From Rufibacter sp. XAAS-G3-1 (GTDB taxonomy: Bacteria; Bacteroidota; Bacteroidia; Cytophagales; Hymenobacteraceae), in contig NZ_JABFAM010000010.1 of NCBI RefSeq assembly GCF_013623775.1, forward strand, positions 157,550 to 189,549: a stretch of 32,000 bases of DNA, written 5' to 3'. How positions within the stretch are numbered: the stretch's first letter is position 1; the number at the start of each line of letters is the position of its first letter. The position numbers were made by a program, and so were the translations under genes. The notes beneath the pieces are model-generated. The model worked only from the letters and a program-made list of their open reading frames with translations, had not been told where the DNA came from and ran no database searches. This document shows, piece by piece, positions 1 through 7,986 of the stretch.

Positions 1-517
1 TGCGACCGGTGGCCATAATGGGGCCCATGGCCCAAGGGCCGAAAGACGAAAGCGCCAGAAAAAACAGCGCGGCTTTGACAAAACTGAACGACAATCGGTG
101 CCTGCCTTGCGCCACTCCGGCTGCTTTGGCGTCTTTCAGGAACTGGTAAATAAACCAGTAACTCAGCAGAATATGCGCGGTGCTGAACGTGATGGAAGCC
201 GCCGCGTACCCCTGCACCGGAAACGTGAGCAACATGCCCAGAACCATACCCTGCGACAGCCAGAACTGCCAGGTATAGGTGTGCTTGCCCCGGAGTTCTG
301 GCGGCAAAAACACCAGCAGCAGCGCCACTGTCACCGCCGAATACAGCCAGCCCAGCAGCGCCACGTGCGAGTGGGCGTGCAGCAGGTTTTTGTAGTTCAC
401 CCCGGCCACCGTGCCCACCATCAGGTACCGCAGAAACACCCCCAGCAAAGCCACCACCAGCAGGTTGAGCAGGGCCCCCAACAGCCAGTTCTTTTTTGAA
501 TGTACGTTCAACAACAT
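1..517 (-). CDS. Polytopic membrane protein; C-terminus cut off by the window edge (about 172 N-terminal aa visible)
   Basis: The minus-strand frame is open from ATG (517-515) to the window edge, so it is absent from the ORF track (no stop in window). Hand translation MLLNVHSKKNWLLGALLNLLVVALLGVFLRYLMVGTVAGVNYKNLLHAHSHVALLGWLYSAVTVALLLVF... gives consecutive hydrophobic helices with a HAHSH histidine cluster. The listed + ORF 98..499 (His/Gln/Pro-rich) is its antisense shadow. Confidence 0.6.
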   Translation of the reverse strand, partial: MLLNVHSKKNWLLGALLNLLVVALLGVFLRYLMVGTVAGVNYKNLLHAHSHVALLGWLYSAVTVALLLVFLPPELRGKHTYTWQFWLSQGMVLGMLLTFPVQGYAAASITFSTAHILLSYWFIYQFLKDAKAAGVAQGRHRLSFSFVKAALFFLALSSFGPWAMGPIMATGR

Positions 518-583
518 GCTCTTATAGGTTAAAGCCAAGGCCAGGCGTTTGGCTGCAGTTCCAGGTTTTTCCCCTAAGCACAC

Positions 584-623
584 CCGTTTTAAGGCTACTT
601 TTCTGAAAACAGCCCCCAAACGG
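584..623. repeat. Dispersed palindromic repeat, degenerate full copy
   Basis: ccgttttaaggctactttt-ctg-aaaacagcccccaaacgg. The arms are imperfectly complementary and follow the GTTTT..GGC..TTTT / AAAA..GCC..AAAC pattern seen at more than 12 other sites in the window. Confidence 0.6.
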
Positions 624-743
624 AAGCAAGGGCGGCCCCTTGACTGGCCCTGAAATCAAAGCCAGACCCGCGTATACGCCGGTGCACCCTGCAACCTACT
701 TCTGTATACTGCGTTTCTATTTCGTAACCAACACAATACTACT

Positions 744-977
744 ATGAAAAAGCTACTGATAATAGGCCTGGGAGCGTTTGTTTTCGCCTGCGGCGGCGGC
801 AATGAAACCACCCGAGAAACCACCACCGACCTCTCCAATACCGATGAAAGCGTGGAAATCGGCTCGGGGCAAGAGATTAGCCCGCAACTGGAAGGAGACA
901 GTGACTCTGCCCACGTAGACGTTGATACCGTTTCCAATGCCCAGGAAGTACAGCACGAACAGGAAAAGCACCAGTAA
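744..977 (+). CDS. Small acidic secreted lipoprotein (77 aa), function unknown
   Basis: ATG start. MKKLLIIGLGAFVFAC is a signal peptide with a lipobox-like Cys. The mature part is Glu/Asp/Thr/Ser-rich low complexity. A stem-loop plus T-run follows 22 nt after the stop. Confidence 0.5.
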   Translation: MKKLLIIGLGAFVFACGGGNETTRETTTDLSNTDESVEIGSGQEISPQLEGDSDSAHVDVDTVSNAQEVQHEQEKHQ

Positions 978-999
978 AGGCCCTAGGCCAAAGACCGGC

Positions 1000-1039
1000 A
1001 GGCACCGTCTCCCTTTCTTAAGAGAGGCGGTGCCTTTTG
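1000..1039 (+). terminator. Rho-independent terminator after the small lipoprotein gene
   Basis: aggcaccgtctc (1000-1011) pairs with gagaggcggtgcct (1022-1035): 8 perfect GC-rich bp plus 4 more including a G-U. It is followed by TTTT (1035-1038). Confidence 0.65.
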
Positions 1040-1066
1040 GTTTCCCCGGCTATGGCACAGAGAAAC

Positions 1067-1112
1067 CTTCTGTTTTGGGGCTGTTTTCCTAAAAGCAGCC
1101 CCAAAACAGAAG
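1067..1112. repeat. Dispersed palindromic repeat, near-perfect hairpin; possible terminator for nosY
   Basis: cttctgttttggggctgtttt-cct-aaaagcagccccaaaacagaag. The arms are about 21 bp with one bulge. It lies 55 nt beyond the nosY stop, between convergent genes. Confidence 0.7.
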
Positions 1113-1166
1113 CTCTTAAATTATACTCCCCGCCTAAGCCTGGCAGAGACCACCGGCTCCTGCTGC

Positions 1167-1934
1167 CTATAGATCCCTTCGGGAGAAAATCCTTCGGGAG
1201 CTTAGCACCGGCACCAGAATCCAGACCACCATCAGCCCGAAGGCCAGGGAAATTCCCCAGAGGCTCCCCAGAATGCTCTTGTACAACGCCCCGGTATAGC
1301 CCATGAGGGCCGAAATATCCATGTTCAGAAGTACAATAATGCGGGCCAGGTCAATGGGGTTGAGGGCGGTGAGCACCAACGTGGGCGTTTCCAGCGGGTA
1401 ATCACTGAACGAGTACAGAATGAAGAGCACAATGCCGTCATAAATGAGGGCGAAGTAAAACCAGAGCAGCAGCGCCACGCCAATGCCTTTGGCCTTGTCA
1501 CGGGTTATGACCGAGGCCAGAAACGCCATGCCCACAAAGATGAATGTGATGAGCACGCCGGTGAGCAACAAATATAGCCCGGTCACCGAGGCTCCCAGCA
1601 GCAGCAAGGGCATTCCCACGCCCAACACAAACGCCCCGGCCAGGGAACAGGCCACGCCCAGGTACTCGCTCATGAAAATCTTCCGGCGGTGAATGGGCTG
1701 GGCCACCAGCAGTTCTATGAACTCATAGGAGTTGTAGAAGTGCGTGGTGGCAAACACAATGCTGATGAGCGGCACGGTGAGCAGCACCAGGTTCAGCAAA
1801 CTCAGCACCGCTTTGTCGGGGTTTCCGCCCAGGCTGAACAGCCCAATGGTGAGCAGCAGCAGAAACGCCGTGTACGCCAGCACAATCTTGTTGCGCACAA
1901 TATCATAAAACACGTATTTGATAATCTTGCCCAT
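1167..1934 (-). CDS. nosY: NosY, ABC-2 type permease of the NosDFY complex
   Basis: 255 aa, multi-helix hydrophobic protein. It starts 3 nt after the nosF stop, in the canonical nosD-nosF-nosY order downstream of nosZ. Confidence 0.85.
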   Translation of the reverse strand: MGKIIKYVFYDIVRNKIVLAYTAFLLLLTIGLFSLGGNPDKAVLSLLNLVLLTVPLISIVFATTHFYNSYEFIELLVAQPIHRRKIFMSEYLGVACSLAGAFVLGVGMPLLLLGASVTGLYLLLTGVLITFIFVGMAFLASVITRDKAKGIGVALLLWFYFALIYDGIVLFILYSFSDYPLETPTLVLTALNPIDLARIIVLLNMDISALMGYTGALYKSILGSLWGISLAFGLMVVWILVPVLSSRRIFSRRDL

Positions 1935-1937
1935 GGC

Positions 1938-2645
1938 TTAGTCTTCTTGGTTCATCATTTTGGCAATGGCCCGGCTCAGGCGTTCTTCTTGGGTGTGGGC
2001 CTTGAGGGCCGAAATGGTCTGGTGGAACTTCAGCTGCCCGTCCATGAGGCACATCACCTCATCGGCCACCTCCTCAATCTCGCTCATGATGTGCGAGGTA
2101 ATGAGAATCAGCTTGCCTTTCTTTTTTTCCTTCAGGATTTTGGCCTTCAGGATTTCGGCCGAGACGGGGTCTAGCCCGGCGGTGGGTTCATCCAGAATGA
2201 GCACCTGGGGGTTGAAGAGAAACGCCAGCGCGGCGCTCACTTTCTGCTTGGTGCCGCCAGACAGGGAGCCCATGCGTTTGTCATACATCTCCGGTAGCCC
2301 GTACAGCCCAATCAGTTCCTCGTCTATCTGCTGGGCGTCTTTCCTGATGTCCCGGATCATGGAGATGACCTGCCGGATTTTCATGTTCTCTGGGTAGCGG
2401 CCAATCTGCGGCATGTAGCCAATCTGGCTACGGTAGGCGTACTGTTTGAGAATGCTCTGTCCGTTCATTTTAATGTCACCGCCGTCTGGCAGCACCATGC
2501 CCAGAATACATTTGCTCATGGTGGTTTTGCCCGAGCCGTTGGGCCCAATCACAGAGATGACCCGCCCCGCCTCAAAGTGCACGCTCACGTCTTTCAGCAC
2601 CGAAAGCTTGCCGTACGACTTATGTAAGTTTTCTATGGTTATCAT
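1938..2645 (-). CDS. nosF: NosF, ABC transporter ATP-binding protein
   Basis: Walker A GPNGSGKT, ABC signature LSGGTKQK, Walker B LILDEPTAGLD. The context is between nosD and nosY. Confidence 0.9.
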   Translation of the reverse strand: MITIENLHKSYGKLSVLKDVSVHFEAGRVISVIGPNGSGKTTMSKCILGMVLPDGGDIKMNGQSILKQYAYRSQIGYMPQIGRYPENMKIRQVISMIRDIRKDAQQIDEELIGLYGLPEMYDKRMGSLSGGTKQKVSAALAFLFNPQVLILDEPTAGLDPVSAEILKAKILKEKKKGKLILITSHIMSEIEEVADEVMCLMDGQLKFHQTISALKAHTQEERLSRAIAKMMNQED

Positions 2646-2710
2646 GGAAGCTCAATCAGTTTTTGGAAATACAAGGTAAACCCCTATTGGCTAGCTGTCT
2701 TTCCTGGATT

Positions 2711-2752
2711 TCTGTTTTAGGCCTATTTTCTGGAAAATAGGCCTAAAACAGA
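2711..2752. repeat. Dispersed palindromic repeat, perfect copy (19-bp stem, 4-nt loop)
   Basis: tctgttttaggcctatttt-ctgg-aaaataggcctaaaacaga. It is followed by a partial extra arm, aaaaacaggcctggtttc (2753-2770). It lies inside the nosD-nosF gap. Confidence 0.85.
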
Positions 2753-2771
2753 AAAAACAGGCCTGGTTTCA

Positions 2772-2890
2772 GAGTAAGAATTAAGTTTAGACTTCGCGCT
2801 TCATAAGCGCAAACGGCAAAAGCAAGAATCTGTGTCTGTGCCATTGCCGTTTGCGCTTATGAACCCAACATGCAAACTTAATTCTTACTC
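2772..2890. mobile_element. Nested-hairpin MITE-like element (119 bp) between nosD and nosF
   Basis: Outer 17-bp perfect inverted repeat: gagtaagaattaagttt (2772-2788) / aaacttaattcttactc (2874-2890). Inner 20-bp perfect inverted repeat: ttcataagcgcaaacggcaa (2800-2819) / ttgccgtttgcgcttatgaa (2844-2863). There is no ORF. The mobility claim is inference. Confidence 0.5.
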
Positions 2891-2905
2891 CTTCATCAGG
2901 AAACG

Positions 2906-4180
2906 CTAAACAGCCTGGTGGTCAATTCTCCGCATCAAAGGTTGTTCATCAATCAACTGGTCTGGGATAAAGCTGGGCAGCACCTTCTCTATGCTGTCCA
3001 GCAAATCAACCATAAAGCTGCGCATGAACATGACGGAGGGCGGCACCCGCTCCACCAGCATGGAGTACAGACTTACGGGGCGGTACGGCACATCGCCCTG
3101 CTGGTCTTTGTCCAGGTCATAGCCGGTGTACTTGTCCCAGTAGTTGTGCTCAAAGTGGTTTTCCTGGATGCTGCCGTTGGTGCTCACGTCAAAGGAGTTG
3201 CCGGTGAAGTTGTTCAGCCGGAACGTGTCCTCAATGCATGTGGTCATCAATTTGATGGCCCAGCCGTTGCGCTCAAAATCGTTGCTTTTTATATCCAGTT
3301 GGCTGGAGCTTTCCATGTGAATGGCGGTGGTGTTGCGCCGGAAGGTGTTGTGGTGGATCACACTGTTGCTGATGTCCTTCAGCAGGAGGCCGTAGGAGGC
3401 GGCGCCCCAGTTTTCCTCAAAGGTGTTGTACTCCATCCGGACATTGTTGGTGTACATCACGGCCACGCCCGCCCCGTTGTTCCGGAAGGTGTTATGGGTG
3501 TACGTGTTGCCGTCTGAGAACATGAAGTGCATGCCGTAGCGCATGTTCTGGTGGCTCACGTTGTTGCGTACCTGGCTGTTCTTCACCACCTCCAGGTAAA
3601 TGCCGTCGCGGTGGCCCTGCACGTTGTTGTCGGTAATCTCAACATTGTCTGTGTAGTACAGGTGAATGGCGTTGCCCAGGGAAGATTCTGTTCTGCCCTT
3701 GTTCTCCCCTATGATATTATTCCCCCTGATGACAATATTGTCAGAGTTTTGCAGGTAAATCCCGAAGTAGGTTTTCAGGATGGTATTGTCCAGTAGTTTG
3801 ATATTGCTGCGCTGAAACACCCTGATGGCGGCATCATCCCTGGTATAGCTGGTGGCCACGTTTTTGAGCGTGAGCCCCTGGATGGTCACATCGTCGGCGG
3901 TTACCGCAATAAGCTGCCCCGTGAAGTTGCCGTCAATGACCGGGTTGTTCTTCCCGATTAGGGTGAGTGGCTTGTTTACCTCAATCCTGGATTCCTGGTA
4001 CACGCCGCCGTTCACCAACACGGTATCGCCGGGCTTGGCCTGCTGCACCGCCTGCTTCACTGATGTAAGGGCACAGGTTTTGCATACCGTAAGGGTGGCC
4101 CCCGCTGCGGTTTGCGCCAGTACTAACGGCAGCAAGACACTGGCTACTGTTACCAAATAGTTAATGGAGTTTCTCATCAT
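2906..4180 (-). CDS. nosD: NosD, periplasmic copper-binding beta-helix accessory protein
   Basis: 424 aa with an N-terminal signal peptide. It has the repetitive N-x-I/V-x-x-N beta-helix pattern (e.g. NNIIGEN, DNNVQGH, RNNVSHQN, HNTFRNN) typical of NosD/CASH-domain proteins. It overlaps the nosL stop by about 20 nt. Confidence 0.9.
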   Translation of the reverse strand: MMRNSINYLVTVASVLLPLVLAQTAAGATLTVCKTCALTSVKQAVQQAKPGDTVLVNGGVYQESRIEVNKPLTLIGKNNPVIDGNFTGQLIAVTADDVTIQGLTLKNVATSYTRDDAAIRVFQRSNIKLLDNTILKTYFGIYLQNSDNIVIRGNNIIGENKGRTESSLGNAIHLYYTDNVEITDNNVQGHRDGIYLEVVKNSQVRNNVSHQNMRYGMHFMFSDGNTYTHNTFRNNGAGVAVMYTNNVRMEYNTFEENWGAASYGLLLKDISNSVIHHNTFRRNTTAIHMESSSQLDIKSNDFERNGWAIKLMTTCIEDTFRLNNFTGNSFDVSTNGSIQENHFEHNYWDKYTGYDLDKDQQGDVPYRPVSLYSMLVERVPPSVMFMRSFMVDLLDSIEKVLPSFIPDQLIDEQPLMRRIDHQAV

Positions 4181-4628
4181 TTTTCACGATTGCCAGCACC
4201 TGTTCCCAGGTGAGCAGTTCTGCGCCCTGCTCCTGCTGTATTTTCTTAGCAGCCTCTTCCGTAGAGACGGCCAACAGGTTCATGCCCATGGGGCTGGGTA
4301 AAGCTGCGCTCCGCACAAAGTGCGCATCGTTTACCTTTAGGAGTTCTGTAGGGTTTGAAAAGTCGGTTACCATCAGAAAAGAGGCTTTCTGGGCTTCTTC
4401 CGGGTTACTGTTGACATAGGCGGCCAGGCATTCAACGGCGTCAAAAAAGGAAGGCTTGCCCTTGTCATTCACCAACTCTGCCCCGTACCGCACATCTGTA
4501 ATGGTCATGTTGCAATGCGTGCAGTTGGCATTGCCGTAAGGAACAGGCTTGGGCTCCGTGGAGCAAGCCGTTAGGAATAAAATGGCGGGCACCACCCAGC
4601 CATAGGTGCGGGATAAGATTCGTTTCAT
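4161..4628 (-). CDS. nosL: NosL, copper chaperone lipoprotein
   Basis: 155 aa. It has a canonical lipobox LTAC and the NosL-type CTHCNM motif followed by YGAEL. Its position is between the nosB-like gene and nosD. Confidence 0.85.
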   Translation of the reverse strand: MKRILSRTYGWVVPAILFLTACSTEPKPVPYGNANCTHCNMTITDVRYGAELVNDKGKPSFFDAVECLAAYVNSNPEEAQKASFLMVTDFSNPTELLKVNDAHFVRSAALPSPMGMNLLAVSTEEAAKKIQQEQGAELLTWEQVLAIVKNDEKLH

Positions 4629-4641
4629 GAGAGAAAGAGAT

Positions 4642-5226
4642 TTATTGCAAGGCCGCTTTTGGCTTAGAACTTAGATAATACACCAACCAGGCAAACAAGA
4701 CCGCCAGCAAAATACCCAAACTACCCCAAGATGGCAAAGACAAAGCATCAAAGTTGAGGAGTTGCTTTCTTCCTAGCATAGGCGGTATGTAGGTCATATC
4801 GGGCACTTTGATAGGAGCCTGTGGGTTCAGGTTGGTTCCGAATTCGTGCAACCAAAGGTAAAAGTCCAGTAAACCCACGGCACCGGCCACCATCAGCAGA
4901 ATTACCCAGCCCAGCACCAGCTTTCTTTTCCCTAGAAAGGCCACAAAAACGCCTGTAACCATAAGAAAGACCACAATGTAAGGCATGACTTTCAGCTCGG
5001 CAAACGATTCTGCATGGATGGGGGCCATGCCAATGTAATGGTTCAGGATGTTGAAGTTCTGGAGCACGCCTTCCGTACTACCGCCCAGTTTGTTCACCCA
5101 GATGTGTAATTCCAGCCCTTCGGGGTATTGGGGGGCTTCCAGGTAGATCTTCCACATAGGGAAGAGAAACAACAAGCCCAGCGACAAGGCTGCGAAAGCC
5201 ATCAATCCTTTATGGTAAGCTATCAT
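4642..5226 (-). CDS. Clade-II nos cluster membrane protein (NosB-like)
   Basis: 194 aa with about 4 hydrophobic helices. It lies immediately downstream of nosZ and 13 nt upstream of nosL, the position described for the clade-II-specific membrane protein. Assignment is by context, not by recognised motifs. Confidence 0.55.
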   Translation of the reverse strand: MIAYHKGLMAFAALSLGLLFLFPMWKIYLEAPQYPEGLELHIWVNKLGGSTEGVLQNFNILNHYIGMAPIHAESFAELKVMPYIVVFLMVTGVFVAFLGKRKLVLGWVILLMVAGAVGLLDFYLWLHEFGTNLNPQAPIKVPDMTYIPPMLGRKQLLNFDALSLPSWGSLGILLAVLFAWLVYYLSSKPKAALQ

Positions 5227-5243
5227 CCTTTTTAGGTTAAGGT

Positions 5244-5292
5244 GAAATAAAAAAAAGACAGCGGAGTCTGTTTAGGAACCTCCGCTGTCTTT
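5244..5292 (-). terminator. Intrinsic terminator/attenuator between nosZ and the accessory genes
   Basis: A 13-bp stem, aaagacagcggag (5254-5266) / ctccgctgtcttt (5280-5292), with a 13-nt loop. On the minus (nos) strand it is followed by an 8-U run (plus-strand A-run 5249-5256). Confidence 0.55.
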
Positions 5293-5307
5293 TTCATTTT
5301 GAAGAAA

Positions 5308-7359
5308 TTACTTGCTTAAAGAAGCGGTGGCCGGAGGCACCGGCTTTTTGACACCAGTAGAGAATTTTATAGGAACGGTAGATCCCCTTTTAGACACCCG
5401 TACGTATCCCTGCATTTCCTGGTGCAAGGCAGAGCAGAAGTCTGTACAGTAGAAAGGGAAGATTCCTTCCTGTTTGGGTACCCACCGCAAGGTCTGGGTG
5501 GCACCCGGCATAATCAGGGTCTCGGCGTTAGTAGCCCCCATGATGGCAAAGCCGTGCGGTACGTCCCAGTCCTGCTCCAGGTTGGTTACGTGGAAGAGAA
5601 CGGTGTCCCCTACTTGTATGCCTTCAATGTTATCGGGCGTGAAGTGGCTTCTAATGGAGGTCATGTTCACTTTCACGGTTCTGCCATTGCGGGTTACGCT
5701 CACGTCTTTCTCGTTTTTCACGGCATCTGGGTGTTTGTTTGCATCCAGTTTAAAGAACTTGACGCTGTTAGGCGCTATCTTGTTGGCGGCGATGCCCTGC
5801 GCGTAATGCGGCTCTGCCAGGGTAGGGAAGTCCAGGAGCAGTTTCATCTTCTCCCCGCTGATGTCTATCAACTGGGCAGAGTGCAGCAACTCGGGGCCGG
5901 TGGGCAGGTAGCGGTCTTTGGTGATCTTGTTCATCGCGATCAGGTACTTGCCGTAAGGCTCCTTGGTATCACCGCCCGGGATCATTAAGTGGCCGGGAGA
6001 GTAATACACCGGAATTCTGTCTTTCACCTTGAAGTCTTTCAGGCTCCATTTCACTACCTCAGAAGAAACGAACATAGTAGAGTACGCATTGCCTTTGCCG
6101 TCAAACTCAGTGTGCAACGGCCCTAAGCCCGGTTCTTTCACCTCTGCGTGCAGCACAGACTCATATTTGAACACCGGAATACCGTTCACCTCCCCGTCAA
6201 AGTCTTTGTTCTGGATGGCTTTCTGCATTTTAGAGAAAGAGAACACCGGCAGCGAAGAGGCCAGTTTACCGTTTACCACCATGTACTCGCCACTAGGGTC
6301 TACGTCAATACCGTGCGGCGATTTAGGCGCCGGAATCAGGTACATCATGCCAGGGCATTCTTCCGGCAGCAGGTAGCGTACCTTCTTAATCACGTGAGAT
6401 TTTGCCTGATGCGTGCCATGGTCTTTGATGTTGTGGTAATAGTTGGCAGGCATCTCATGGGTCTTGCCTTCGGCGGCATACTTAGCCGCCAGTTTCCAGT
6501 TGATGGCCGCTAGGTAATCACGGTCATTCTGGGAGGCACCCAGTTCTTTCAAAGTACGAGCCTTCTCTGTGTTGTAGGTGGTGAAAAACACCCAATCTCC
6601 AGAGGGGCCTTTGCCGCCGTTGGCCAGGTCATAGTCAAAGCCGGGTACCAAGATCTGGAAGTCAAGCTCCATGTGCCCATTGCCTTCATTTGTTTTGATG
6701 AAGGAGATAGACCCTCTGAATTTGTCTTTGTATTCGTCAAAACTGGCATCGCCAACCCCTCCTTTAGACAGGTCAATGGGAACGCTGAACCGGGTACCGG
6801 CCAAGATATACTCATTGTTGTTGGTAGGGTAAGGCGAGCAGTGGTTACCGGCGGAGTTAGGGATTTCCATGATCTCGGTGGTTTCAAAAGTCGCTAAATC
6901 AACTTTCGCCACGCGGGGGGTGTTGTTTCCGTTCACGTACAGGAACTTGCCATCGGCCATGCCATCGGTGCGGGACAACTTAGGATGGTGAAGGTCGTCC
7001 CAGGGCACAAAGCCGTGCGAGGTCATCAGCATAGGCTTAGTCTCCTCATTATAGCCGTAGCCGTTCTCGGCGAATTGGCTAAAAACCGGGATTACCTTGA
7101 GTAGCCTGCCGGAAGGGATACCGTAAACAGACACCTGGCCGTTGAACCCGCCGGACAGGAAAGAGTACAGCTCATCGTGCTTGCCCGGTGCCACATACAC
7201 TGCCGTAGCGGCATCTGCGGCAACGGTGTTATCTTTGACATTGGCATCATCCCCTTTTCCAGAGCTATTACAGCTTTGCAGCAAGGTACCAGCAGCCAGC
7301 GCCACAAACAGGCCGACTTTAGGAATAATACTTTTAAATGTATTCATTCGGGTTTCCAT
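5308..7359 (-). CDS. nosZ: Nitrous-oxide reductase NosZ, clade II (Sec/lipoprotein-type signal)
   Basis: 683 aa. It has the CuZ-region DDLHHPK motif and the C-terminal CuA motif CTDFCSALHQEM. The N-terminus MNTFKSIIPKVGLFVALAAGTLLQSC has no twin-arginine motif. Confidence 0.95.
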   Translation of the reverse strand: METRMNTFKSIIPKVGLFVALAAGTLLQSCNSSGKGDDANVKDNTVAADAATAVYVAPGKHDELYSFLSGGFNGQVSVYGIPSGRLLKVIPVFSQFAENGYGYNEETKPMLMTSHGFVPWDDLHHPKLSRTDGMADGKFLYVNGNNTPRVAKVDLATFETTEIMEIPNSAGNHCSPYPTNNNEYILAGTRFSVPIDLSKGGVGDASFDEYKDKFRGSISFIKTNEGNGHMELDFQILVPGFDYDLANGGKGPSGDWVFFTTYNTEKARTLKELGASQNDRDYLAAINWKLAAKYAAEGKTHEMPANYYHNIKDHGTHQAKSHVIKKVRYLLPEECPGMMYLIPAPKSPHGIDVDPSGEYMVVNGKLASSLPVFSFSKMQKAIQNKDFDGEVNGIPVFKYESVLHAEVKEPGLGPLHTEFDGKGNAYSTMFVSSEVVKWSLKDFKVKDRIPVYYSPGHLMIPGGDTKEPYGKYLIAMNKITKDRYLPTGPELLHSAQLIDISGEKMKLLLDFPTLAEPHYAQGIAANKIAPNSVKFFKLDANKHPDAVKNEKDVSVTRNGRTVKVNMTSIRSHFTPDNIEGIQVGDTVLFHVTNLEQDWDVPHGFAIMGATNAETLIMPGATQTLRWVPKQEGIFPFYCTDFCSALHQEMQGYVRVSKRGSTVPIKFSTGVKKPVPPATASLSK

Positions 7360-7389
7360 GATTAATAGGAGGTTTAATTTTAATATCTA

Positions 7390-7908
7390 CTAGCCCTTGC
7401 TGTCGTTCTGTCTCAGATACTCCAAGATAGCCCTGGCATCTGACTCAGAAACGTTCTGGTTGGTCATCTGGGTGAGGTGCTCAGCCAGCAGCTTTTTAGC
7501 TTCGGGGTCTTTCTTGGTCATCTCCTCTGGGTTTACGATCATGTTCATGATCCACTCCGGCTTGCGGCGCTCTGTCACCCCTGCCAGTCCCGGGCCTACT
7601 ACTTTCTGATCACTCAGTTGGTGGCAGGCGGTACACTTACCGTCAAAGATGGCTTTGCCGCTAGTGGCGAGGGCCTGGTCTATCTCCGCTCCCACCTCTA
7701 CGGTCTTCACGGGGCCTACACCTAATCCGTCATCTTCTGCGGCCTCCTCTGCCGGGGCAGCGGCGGTCTGCTCATCCTGCTCATTCTTGTATTGCTCCGC
7801 ATACCCCTCATTTCCACCAGATGAGCAACTGAAGAGCATAGCACTTCCTATAAAGGTTGCAGCGATTAACATTGGCTTGATTTTCAGATTCAAAAGGTTC
7901 TTTTTCAT
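7390..7908 (-). CDS. Class I c-type cytochrome lipoprotein, probable electron donor to NosZ
   Basis: 172 aa. It has the signal plus Cys AMLFSC, an Ala/Glu-rich linker, and a single heme motif CTACH in a GKCTACHQL...GPGL context. It lies 30 nt upstream of nosZ on the same strand. Confidence 0.85.
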   Translation of the reverse strand: MKKNLLNLKIKPMLIAATFIGSAMLFSCSSGGNEGYAEQYKNEQDEQTAAAPAEEAAEDDGLGVGPVKTVEVGAEIDQALATSGKAIFDGKCTACHQLSDQKVVGPGLAGVTERRKPEWIMNMIVNPEEMTKKDPEAKKLLAEHLTQMTNQNVSESDARAILEYLRQNDSKG

Positions 7909-7955
7909 AATGTTAAATTTTAAGGATGAAGCTTATTTTGGGTTTGTTACTGCAA

Positions 7956-7963
7956 CAAAGGTA
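7956..7963 (-). promoter_or_regulatory. Candidate -7 box (TAccTTTG) for the cytochrome c-nosZ operon
   Basis: The minus strand reads TACCTTTG, matching the Bacteroidetes -7 consensus TAnnTTTG. It lies 47 nt upstream of the cytochrome c ATG. No clean -33 TTG is present at canonical spacing. Confidence 0.35.
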
Positions 7964-7986
7964 GATGGGTTACAAAACCAATTATA

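Noticed and set aside
98-499. 133-aa plus-strand ORF at the window start, and similar plus-strand ORFs over nosD, nosZ and ffh (e.g. 2918..3517, 5422..5988, 30454..30957).
   Set aside because: They are His/Gln/Pro/Val/Gly-rich products antisense to strongly supported minus-strand genes. In each case the opposite strand gives a coherent protein.
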